Of a stretch of DNA of 53,619 bases, positions 45,331 through 53,619 are shown in pieces. A program made the position numbers and the translations under genes. The DNA comes from a virus (Duplodnaviria > Caudoviricetes). Position 1 is the stretch's first letter; the number at the start of each line of letters is the position of its first letter. The notes beneath the pieces were generated by a model, which saw nothing but the letters and a program-made list of their open reading frames with translations, had not been told where the DNA came from and did no database searches. The stretch covers positions 1 to 53,619 of the IMG/VR virus record IMGVR_UViG_3300020183_000101. One strand, written 5' to 3'.

Positions 45331-46713
45331 TTATGGCGCACTATATGCTGCACCCTTTTTACCAATAGAATCCCTAACCAAAGTTAATTTGGTATATCCA
45401 CCTCTTGAGGTATTAATATAATGGCAGAGATCTGCAACGACAAAAAATCCACCAAACTCTGGGTTCCATTCTGGATTATTTTTATTAGATAGTTCTGGAT
45501 AATCTATAAAGACCAAATCTCCAGCATGAATACTAAAGTCTGCAGTGATTGTTATAGTAGTTCTAGATGAAAACATTTGATTATATCTCATCGTAGATTG
45601 ATTCAAAATATTTTTTGGATCAAAATTTTGTTCTTTTGATTTGTTGAGTTGTTCTTGAGAATTTCCAACTCCACTTCCAGTAGGAAGAGAACCACAATCA
45701 ATTAGCATGTATTGAGTTCTAGAGAAGTCTTTGTCTTTACCCTCTCTATTAAATTCTTTATTTATTTTTGGAAGTTCTTTTCCAGCCAATTTTAAACTTT
45801 TCTCATTTTCAGAAGCAACTGGATTAACTATTTCATAATAACAATTAAATGGATTAAAGAGAATAGTTCTTGTTGAATAAGTTCCAATCTCTAGTTTAGA
45901 TTGAATATCTCCAGCTGAAGTATCTGTATTGTGTTCAATGATTTTTCCATCATAACCTTTAGGTATTGCACTACCACCACCATCTGGAGTTTGGTTATAC
46001 ACTAATTTTTTATATTTCTTTTTGCCACCGCTTAATTCAGTTTCAGAAAGTAATCCATCAATAGATTTAAATTTAAATCCATCAGAAGTTTCATAAAAGA
46101 AAAATCCTGCAGTCTTTCCTGGTTGGACTCCTTTTGGAACTGCTTTTTTAGCTAACCAAACACATGCATAAAAAGGTCTTCTATTATTCCCCATAAAATT
46201 ATAATTGTTATCAGTCTCTTCTATATCAAGTTCTTTTTTTGACTTTAAGTAATTTTGATCGGTCAATATTTTTTTAATATGATCAGAAATCTTACCGTCA
46301 AATCTAGTATTTAAGACTGTTTTATAATTTAATATTGCTTCATTGCTAGTAAGATCTAAAGCAACTAAAGATTTATTTTGATCTTGAGCCGCTCCTTTGA
46401 CTTTATTGATATAAAGAGTTAATGATAACTCTTTACCATTACCATCCGTCATTTTCAGAGATGTATTCTCTGTTCCAGTCAAAGGCATACCTTCAATTAA
46501 GGTTTTAAATCCACCATCTTTTTCAATACTCTTACCAGTATCAATATAGAATATACTTACTCTAACACATTCTTGCAGAATACTTTCATAATAATAAACA
46601 TCACTAATAATATCTACAATATCTTTTTTAGTCTTCTCATCGAGGGACGTGATAATACATTCTTTAATATCAACTTCTCTGTTGTCTATAGAGATTAATG
46701 GTTTGTCTGCCAT
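45331..46713 (-). CDS. Probable baseplate hub protein (gp27-like)
   Basis: YYESIL, FFFYETSDGFKFKSIDGL, ITITADFSIHAGDLV...G.F.V..LCH..TKLTLVRDS pattern of hub proteins; position just upstream of gp5. Confidence 0.55.
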   Translation of the reverse strand: MADKPLISIDNREVDIKECIITSLDEKTKKDIVDIISDVYYYESILQECVRVSIFYIDTGKSIEKDGGFKTLIEGMPLTGTENTSLKMTDGNGKELSLTLYINKVKGAAQDQNKSLVALDLTSNEAILNYKTVLNTRFDGKISDHIKKILTDQNYLKSKKELDIEETDNNYNFMGNNRRPFYACVWLAKKAVPKGVQPGKTAGFFFYETSDGFKFKSIDGLLSETELSGGKKKYKKLVYNQTPDGGGSAIPKGYDGKIIEHNTDTSAGDIQSKLEIGTYSTRTILFNPFNCYYEIVNPVASENEKSLKLAGKELPKINKEFNREGKDKDFSRTQYMLIDCGSLPTGSGVGNSQEQLNKSKEQNFDPKNILNQSTMRYNQMFSSRTTITITADFSIHAGDLVFIDYPELSNKNNPEWNPEFGGFFVVADLCHYINTSRGGYTKLTLVRDSIGKKGAAYSAP

Positions 46714-46741
46714 TTAAAAACTTATTGTTAATACTATTTAC

Positions 46742-49700
46742 TTACATGGCGAGCATGTCTTGAGAGGGATCAGATCCCGATGAAGATTTAGATTTAGAAT
46801 TCATACCCATATCAACCATAAGAGGAAGGGGGTAATAGATACTGTCTTCTTCTACTATGTATGTGAAATCATCTTCGCTTTCTGGGTAACCATCTTCAGT
46901 ATATTGACTGAGCATTGATATTAATGTTGCCGCAACATTTTTCCTTTGAGTTAAATTTTCAGCGTTGTTAATCATTTCAAAAAAATCTCTACCAAAAATT
47001 TTAACAGAATCAGCATCAATAACAAATTCTTGAGGATGGACTGTATATTTTCCCGTTTCGGATACGTACCTACCATGGAACATCTTACCTTTGATCATGG
47101 AGCGAATTTTATCTCCACCAGATCCCCTAGGATCGTTTTTGTATAAGTGAAATAAATCCCAACGTTCTCCAGTTCCACCCCATATTGCTGGACCATAATT
47201 GTCATGTTTTTTAGATCCATCTTTATTTGCACCCGCTTCAGCATGTGTCATCACATTTTTTATATTGATGTCAGATGCAGACCATTCCCATCCCTTTGCT
47301 ATTCTAGCAACTTCCTCTGCCATCTTTTCATATTGAATTGACTTAACAGGTATGGACCAAGGATCTGGACTTCCACCCATAGCAGCAACACTTATTCCAA
47401 CTGCATTTGAATTTCTGTTGTAAGTATGTGGAACTCCAGAACTAGTGTATGGAGTAGATCTATTAATTTTACCATCACCAGTAATAGTTGTATGATAGTT
47501 TCGAGAAACTCCACCATAAGATCCAGCAGTCCAATGCAAGTATATTTTTTTACCCTTTCCACTACCCAAGTCACCTAGACTACCATTGTCACTAGATGGA
47601 GCTGCTGCAGTAATATCACCCTCTCTTTTGTCTTTTAAAGACTTGTAGGTAGCAGCATCACCATGAACACCTAAGGCTTTATCACCGCTTGCATCAAATC
47701 CACCGTAAAAATAAAAACCATACTTCTTAACTATTTGTTCTAATTTTTCATTGACATTTCCATTTTTTGAGCTCCACTGCTTACCAACACCAAGAACTCT
47801 AACCTTCGCTCCTAAAGACTTTAGATGAGATAATTGAGCTTCAGCTGATGCCCAGTCTGTTGCTGAGTTTGCAATACCAGTCGATAGATCAATAAGTGCT
47901 CCCTTCAATGCATCTCCTTTAGACTTCAATATTTTTAAAACATCCGCAGCCTTTCGACCAACCATACTATCATCAGTATCTTTTCCATTACCACTTCTAC
48001 CCGCAAATCCATGGGCAATACTATCACCAATTACAAATTGAGCTTCCCCACCAAATCCATCTAAAGGATTTTCTGTAGCACCTGGTCCTTTCTGTGCAGA
48101 AGGATTTGGACCACCAGGACCCTGATTTCGTTTTAAGTTTAATTGTTTTGCCAGACTATTAATAATTTCATTTAATGGTCCAGATATTAAAGAAAAGATA
48201 GAATCTCTAGCCCATGTTCTAATATTCAATTCGCCAACTTCATCTAGTAAAGTTTTATCATTTTCAATCTTAATATCGGAAAAAATTTCATTCACAAAAG
48301 AATTGAATCCTAATCCAATATTTTGATAATCAATTGACGATGGTTTATCACCCAACAACCCCTTCATAGTAACTCCCAGCAATGGATGTAAGAAAGGAGC
48401 ATTCTCTATGTCAGAAAAAGATTTTTCAAATACTTTATAAGTATTCATATTTTTTGCATAACCTGGATTTGGGAAGAAAACTTCTATCTTTTTAGTATTA
48501 GTTTCAGGATAGAGAGCATCTCCTCCAACATCAGATCCTATTTTTAGAGTGGGTGGTTGAGGATCTAACTCACGGACTTTTACTTTCTGTACAGTTCTCG
48601 TATAAAGATTGGTGGGAATACCTCCCTCAGCATACCCCATGTTCTTAACTGCTTTATCCCCATATAGACTTCCAAATGCTCCTGGTTTATTGATTTGATT
48701 TGCCCAATCTTTCTTTCCAAGAAAACCAAAAATAGGACCTAAAAATGCTGCAAAGTATTCTCTTATGCCATCACGAATACGAGCATCAAATTTACCTAGA
48801 TTTTTCTTTTGCTCCTGAATTCCTTTTTGATCGTTCGATGCCAACATCAAAGCAAAACGAATTAATTCGATGGCATATCTAAATGGAGCGCCAATTATAT
48901 CAAGAGTAACACCGATGCCATTCAATAAGAAATTAGTAAATTTCATTCCAGGCATTGCTATAGCATTATAAAAACTAACTTTCAAAAATCTTGTAATTGG
49001 ATTTGGATCTTTCTTGGCATTTTTTAATCCACTTACAGTATCATTTTCAATTTTTTTTGTGAATTTTTTAAGTTGAAATGCACCTTCACCTAATGCTGAT
49101 GCAAGCAATCCAACACCAGAAACAATAGCAGCAGCTGCACCTACTCCCATAGCACCAGTTCTGGCGATGTTGGTGGCAACTGTTTGACCAACTCTCTTCG
49201 CACCCTGATCAATCGCAGTATCTACTATATCACTTACAGGACTTCCTTTCTGTTTTGCATCACTTTCAGCCAGATCTGAAAATAGCATACCAGCGATCAA
49301 CATTGAGTTGATTACCTTGTTTGCAACTCCCATTGTTTTATCAAACAACTGGAGACCATTTTCACCACCAACTGTCTTTATAAATCCACGAGTTGCATCA
49401 TATGCTTTATAACCCCAATCAATCATGCTGACTAAACCGTTCAAAAACATTCCACCAAAGTCAGTTACAACTTCACCTACCTGAAGTATTAGTTTAAAAA
49501 CACCTATGAGTTCAGGTAAATGCTTTACAAATCTAACAGCAAAATATCCAAGCACAACATTAAAAATAAAATCTTTAACTACACTCAAGAATCCAAGTTT
49601 GGGAGCACTTATTTTTTTACTTTCATTCTCCTCGTTTTTTTCTGGTTTTGATTCTAATTTTTTTTCTCTTTGTGCCCTAATATCCTTTTCTCTTTCTACT

Positions 49701-49876
49701 CTTTTTTTATCTCCAAGTTTTTTCTGAAAAACATTTCTACTCATTAAAAGTTTTTCAACTTTAATGACTTGAGTTCTCAAAACAAAAATACTGGAAGCAC
49801 TTCTAGGAGCACCCTTCACTTTCTCGGGTGATGACATCTTTGACGGTGACAAAAGTTTTGCTGTATTGATTGCCAT
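46742..49876 (-). CDS. Large baseplate/tape-measure-like protein with SGNH hydrolase and Zn N-acetylmuramoyl-L-alanine amidase domains
   Basis: Helical N-terminal scaffold paralogous to 49880..53254; VIGDSIAHG...LGVH; IYLHWTAG...YHTTITGDG...HTYNRNSNAVGI...VMTHAE. Confidence 0.7.
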   Translation of the reverse strand: MAINTAKLLSPSKMSSPEKVKGAPRSASSIFVLRTQVIKVEKLLMSRNVFQKKLGDKKRVEREKDIRAQREKKLESKPEKNEENESKKISAPKLGFLSVVKDFIFNVVLGYFAVRFVKHLPELIGVFKLILQVGEVVTDFGGMFLNGLVSMIDWGYKAYDATRGFIKTVGGENGLQLFDKTMGVANKVINSMLIAGMLFSDLAESDAKQKGSPVSDIVDTAIDQGAKRVGQTVATNIARTGAMGVGAAAAIVSGVGLLASALGEGAFQLKKFTKKIENDTVSGLKNAKKDPNPITRFLKVSFYNAIAMPGMKFTNFLLNGIGVTLDIIGAPFRYAIELIRFALMLASNDQKGIQEQKKNLGKFDARIRDGIREYFAAFLGPIFGFLGKKDWANQINKPGAFGSLYGDKAVKNMGYAEGGIPTNLYTRTVQKVKVRELDPQPPTLKIGSDVGGDALYPETNTKKIEVFFPNPGYAKNMNTYKVFEKSFSDIENAPFLHPLLGVTMKGLLGDKPSSIDYQNIGLGFNSFVNEIFSDIKIENDKTLLDEVGELNIRTWARDSIFSLISGPLNEIINSLAKQLNLKRNQGPGGPNPSAQKGPGATENPLDGFGGEAQFVIGDSIAHGFAGRSGNGKDTDDSMVGRKAADVLKILKSKGDALKGALIDLSTGIANSATDWASAEAQLSHLKSLGAKVRVLGVGKQWSSKNGNVNEKLEQIVKKYGFYFYGGFDASGDKALGVHGDAATYKSLKDKREGDITAAAPSSDNGSLGDLGSGKGKKIYLHWTAGSYGGVSRNYHTTITGDGKINRSTPYTSSGVPHTYNRNSNAVGISVAAMGGSPDPWSIPVKSIQYEKMAEEVARIAKGWEWSASDINIKNVMTHAEAGANKDGSKKHDNYGPAIWGGTGERWDLFHLYKNDPRGSGGDKIRSMIKGKMFHGRYVSETGKYTVHPQEFVIDADSVKIFGRDFFEMINNAENLTQRKNVAATLISMLSQYTEDGYPESEDDFTYIVEEDSIYYPLPLMVDMGMNSKSKSSSGSDPSQDMLAM

Positions 49877-49879
49877 GTT

Positions 49880-52800
49880 TTATCCCCTAGCAGCTAACAT
49901 GTCCTGTTCCCAATTAGGAGAGGATCCACCATCAGAACCTGAGGGAGATCCCTCACCCATAACTACGGGATATGGCATTGGAATATTTTCTCCTTCTTCA
50001 ACAATCAAATCTGGCATTACCTTTCTCCCCGTATATGATTCCAATAAACTAATCAATTTGGAAGAAGCTTCAGAAAGTTGTGAAACATTTTCTACATCAT
50101 TAATTATATCAAAAAATCTAATGCCACCAAATAACTTTACTGAGTCTTTATCAATTACATATTCACCCTTGTGCAAATATACATTACCACCTTTTTCTCC
50201 AGTAGAACCTCCCATGAATTTACTCATTCCAGTATCACGTACAGATCCTCCATGAAAATACATAGCTGCACCTTCTTGAGGAGCTTGCTTTCCTTTTTCA
50301 TCATATCTACCGTGAGCAACAGAAGCATTTGCTCCAACAACTTTAGCAACAACACCAAATCCACCTGGACGGTATTTCATATCTTCAACTTGTAGTGGAA
50401 ACTTAACTGCAGCACCTGGATAGTAAGCGCCACCAACCTGCAAATCAATACCACCCTGAGATCCCTTGGCAGTATGTGCTACCTGCTCCGATTGAATTTT
50501 ATTTTTGAGAGTAGAATCATCTTCTTTGCCAGAAATAGTTGCACCCGATCTTCCAAGATATATTGATTTCTTACCAGCAAATGCTTTTGCAACTTGGAAA
50601 GCAACAGTTCTAGCAGATGCATTATGAGTTGCAGAAGTTATATCACTAGTCTGATAACTACCTGGTGCAATGTGGAAGTGAATACCATATGATGCACCCG
50701 AGTTACCCTGGACAAAATTACTTGATCCGACTACTCCACCAGTACCATCTCCAGGATCTCCAGGATCTCCATTTGGTGTATCTGGATCACAAACACAATC
50801 ATCAACATTAGCAGCATCTGATCCAGGGGAAATTGAAGATGAAATCGAAGCCATTCCACCAGCACCAGATTTTATCCTCTTTAAAGATGCCATGTACTGA
50901 CCCCAAGAGATGTGTGCCTTATTTGGAGTTCCATCAGCATAAGTTCCAGCAGGACTATATGGAAGACCACGCCAAGTTTTAGCCATTTGTTTTCCAAAAG
51001 TTTCATCAGATACAGAACCACTTCTCCACTTGTCATAAGGGTGACTGGTTCTCAAAAAGTGTAAAGTAATTTTATCTTGATTGGCGGGGGTAAATTTCTC
51101 ATTTGAATTTACACCAGCGGCTTTTGCTCTACCAACAAGATACTGTGGCATATGTTGATAACGACCTGTAGCACCACGTCCTCTACGACCAATCTCTTCA
51201 ATGGTCATAGAAGTTGGTTTTCCTATTGATGATCCATAAGTAGTATTAACACTATCATAACCACCAGATTCCACAGATGCAATCAAATCTAATATTGCTT
51301 TATCGGTAGCATCACCAGATACAGCACTACCAGATCCACCACCACCGCTTTCTTCTGGACAAGGACATCCATCAGCAGAAGCTTCCTCAGCACCTTTGAC
51401 TGGTTGCAATCCAAGTTGAAACCTAAGTTCATTTTGAATAGATGTAAGTCTCTTGTCAAGGATTTTTAAAAGAGATCCTTCAATAATTTTGGCAAGTTCA
51501 TCCTCCCTAATAATATCAATCATATCTTTATCACTATTCTTTTGAACGCCTCTAATGACCCAGGAATTCAAAGCAACGCTGGCATCTTTAAAATCAGATT
51601 TATTAACATTGTCACCAAGAAGAACTCTGGTAACAAGTGACATTAAAGGACCAACAAATTTAATATCAGCGATTTTTTTATGAGATGACAACATATATCC
51701 ATAAGGATTCATCATCTCATCTTTTTTAATTTTTCCCCTATCCTCAGACGCTGGGAATAATTCTTGAATTTTTTCTACTCCGCCAACATCAGAACCTGGA
51801 TCAATCTTTCTGGGTTCTGGTGTTAGTATTCTGCTTGATGTAACTTTTTTCACCTGCCTCTTAACTGCAGTCTTGCTGATATCACCTGCATCAATCGTTG
51901 ATCCACCTTCAGCAAATTTTCTAACTACACCACCATTCATATAGCCCATGTCTTTAGTGGCTTTATTACCATAAAGACTTCCAAAAGACCCTTCTTTTTC
52001 AAGACCTTCTCCAACCTTTTTCATTCCCAATAGTTTAAATGCAGGAGCTAAGAATGCAAATTGCTCTCTTATACCATCACGAACTCTTGCATCAAATTTA
52101 CCAAGATTTTTTTTCTGCTCTTCCATTCCTTTCTGATCATTGGCAAGTTTCATGACACCAAAACGAATTAATTCAACGGCATATCTAAATGGAGCACCTA
52201 TGACATCAAGCACAGTTCCAATACCATTCAAAAACCACAAACCAACTTTGAATTGGTTTGAGATCATGGACCAAAAACCTTGCTTTAAAAATCTAGTGAT
52301 TGGATTCTTATCCTCCTTCGCCCCCTTTATCTTATCATCAAACCATTTCTGAGTTCCTTTTCCAGCTTTCTTAAGTTGAAAAGCGCCCTCACCTAAAGCG
52401 GATGAAAGGAGACCTACACCAGCAATAACAGCAGCAGCTGCGCCCGCGCCAACGCCAGCGGCACTACCTGCACCTCCTGCGGCAGATGATCCACCTGCTG
52501 CACCAGCTGCTTGAGATGCTCCAGTTGTGACTGCTTGTTGTGCTCCTCTTTGAAGTAACTTATCTTTTATAAAATCAGCTCCAGCATCTATCAATCCACC
52601 ACCCAATCCACCCTTACCAACACCACCAAAATCGGAGAACAATAGACCACCAATGATCAATGTTTGAATGGTCCTATTCATTAGACTAGTCAAACTATCC
52701 ATTTGTTCTACACAAAATTGTGCAGCGCCTTTTCCACCTATACCACAAATTTTTTCTAGACTGCTCCTAGCAAAGTCATAGGCTTTGTATCCAGCATCAA

Positions 52801-53254
52801 CAAAAGTAACTAAACCATTCAATAAAAATCCAGCAGTATCAAGTATAAACTCTTGCACCTGAAGAATCATTTTTAAAACACCAATAAGTTTTGGTAAATG
52901 TTTTACCAATCTCACTGCAATAAATCCAAGTATAACATTAACAATAAAGTTTTTGACCAAATCTAAAAATCCAAGTTTAGGAAGACTCGGAAGTTTAATA
53001 AGTGGTTTTATATTGAAAGAGGATTCTAATTTTTTCTCCCTCTGCCTAAAATTAGTTTGTTCTTCAGTTACTCTCTTCCTTTCTTTCTCTTTCTTTTGAA
53101 TACCAGCCAAACCAGATATTAAATTTTCAACTTTAATAACTTGCTTTTTAACGATCACATACTCTGGATTGACAGTCTTATTTGTTTTTGAAATTTGAGA
53201 TAGTGATTTATTATTAACTCTAGGTAAAAGTTTTGAACTACTTACTGCCATCAC
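49880..53254 (-). CDS. Large baseplate/tape-measure-like protein with lysozyme-like domain and M23-like HxH motif
   Basis: LDLIASVES..Y...ATGRYQHMP...FTPANQDKI...W.GLP muramidase pattern; QGNSGASYGIHFHI. Confidence 0.7.
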   Translation of the reverse strand: MMAVSSSKLLPRVNNKSLSQISKTNKTVNPEYVIVKKQVIKVENLISGLAGIQKKEKERKRVTEEQTNFRQREKKLESSFNIKPLIKLPSLPKLGFLDLVKNFIVNVILGFIAVRLVKHLPKLIGVLKMILQVQEFILDTAGFLLNGLVTFVDAGYKAYDFARSSLEKICGIGGKGAAQFCVEQMDSLTSLMNRTIQTLIIGGLLFSDFGGVGKGGLGGGLIDAGADFIKDKLLQRGAQQAVTTGASQAAGAAGGSSAAGGAGSAAGVGAGAAAAVIAGVGLLSSALGEGAFQLKKAGKGTQKWFDDKIKGAKEDKNPITRFLKQGFWSMISNQFKVGLWFLNGIGTVLDVIGAPFRYAVELIRFGVMKLANDQKGMEEQKKNLGKFDARVRDGIREQFAFLAPAFKLLGMKKVGEGLEKEGSFGSLYGNKATKDMGYMNGGVVRKFAEGGSTIDAGDISKTAVKRQVKKVTSSRILTPEPRKIDPGSDVGGVEKIQELFPASEDRGKIKKDEMMNPYGYMLSSHKKIADIKFVGPLMSLVTRVLLGDNVNKSDFKDASVALNSWVIRGVQKNSDKDMIDIIREDELAKIIEGSLLKILDKRLTSIQNELRFQLGLQPVKGAEEASADGCPCPEESGGGGSGSAVSGDATDKAILDLIASVESGGYDSVNTTYGSSIGKPTSMTIEEIGRRGRGATGRYQHMPQYLVGRAKAAGVNSNEKFTPANQDKITLHFLRTSHPYDKWRSGSVSDETFGKQMAKTWRGLPYSPAGTYADGTPNKAHISWGQYMASLKRIKSGAGGMASISSSISPGSDAANVDDCVCDPDTPNGDPGDPGDGTGGVVGSSNFVQGNSGASYGIHFHIAPGSYQTSDITSATHNASARTVAFQVAKAFAGKKSIYLGRSGATISGKEDDSTLKNKIQSEQVAHTAKGSQGGIDLQVGGAYYPGAAVKFPLQVEDMKYRPGGFGVVAKVVGANASVAHGRYDEKGKQAPQEGAAMYFHGGSVRDTGMSKFMGGSTGEKGGNVYLHKGEYVIDKDSVKLFGGIRFFDIINDVENVSQLSEASSKLISLLESYTGRKVMPDLIVEEGENIPMPYPVVMGEGSPSGSDGGSSPNWEQDMLAARG

Positions 53255-53619
53255 TTAATACCATATTGGTTTTTAGTTCTTCTTTGTGATGCCGAAGTAG
53301 CCTTAAATGAAGGTGGTTTTGAAGCTCCACCCCTTGCTCCACCCATACCACCTCCTGCTGGGTTGAACTTTTTAGTAATAACTTTTGGTTTTGGTTTTGG
53401 TGTTGGAGTTATTGCAGCACTTTTTTTCCTTTGATCGCTTGCAAGTTTTGCTGCATTATAATCTTTATAATACTTTCCATCTGAAGAGGAATAATATCTC
53501 CCGATGGAAGCAGCACCTGCTTGTTTTACTCTTGCATCAGAGGCTTTCTGTTGTGCATCTAATCTTTTTTGAGCCTCGGGTCCGCCAAACAATCTCTGCC
53601 CGAATCTACTAAAACCACC
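53251..53619 (-). CDS. C-terminal part of a tail/baseplate-region protein, 5' end outside window
   Basis: Frame stays open to the window end (GGFSRFGQRLFGGPEAQ...); GTGA overlap with next gene. Confidence 0.7.
   Translation of the reverse strand, partial: GGFSRFGQRLFGGPEAQKRLDAQQKASDARVKQAGAASIGRYYSSSDGKYYKDYNAAKLASDQRKKSAAITPTPKPKPKVITKKFNPAGGGMGGARGGASKPPSFKATSASQRRTKNQYGIK

Noticed and set aside
3414-47574. Short alternative-frame minus-strand ORFs rich in L/V/E (e.g. 8655..8849, 11792..12058, 21485..22231, 38334..38600)
   Set aside because: Frame-shifted readings of GGT/GGA-rich codons inside longer genes
306-53612. All plus-strand ORFs in the track (e.g. 13719..14102, 26130..26507, 35965..36462, 40816..41313)
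   Set aside because: Antisense shadows of minus-strand genes with biased codon use; no recognisable motifs and fully overlapping better ORFs
1-53619. Stop-codon reassignment, introns or inteins
   Set aside because: Standard code gives dense, abutting full-length ORFs; no suppressor tRNA, homing endonuclease or intein motifs recognised

Overview
Segment of a T4-like (Kyanoviridae-type) cyanomyophage genome; essentially all real genes are on the minus strand. In transcription order (53.6 kb to 1): two paralogous large baseplate/tape-measure-like proteins carrying different cell-wall hydrolase domains, a probable baseplate hub, the auxiliary metabolic gene cp12, a gp5-like hub/spike protein, a PA14-repeat virion protein and spike/chaperone-domain proteins; a small island of early genes with tRNA-Leu(UAA), tRNA-Thr(UGU) and a candidate ~56-nt sRNA; a ~33-kb tail-fibre region; and a block of small early genes. 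The fibre region is a series of late-promoter cassettes (stalk, adaptor, glycine-rich tip, chaperone) whose gene ends and starts recur in fixed plug/socket pairs. Three tip genes are followed by tailoring enzymes: seven 2OG-Fe(II) oxygenases in total, a radical SAM/SPASM protein, a KdsB-like CMP-sugar synthetase and a GT-B-like transferase. The best candidate for an undescribed system is this modular, possibly branched and enzymatically decorated receptor-binding apparatus. All functional calls come from motifs read by eye; no searches were run.
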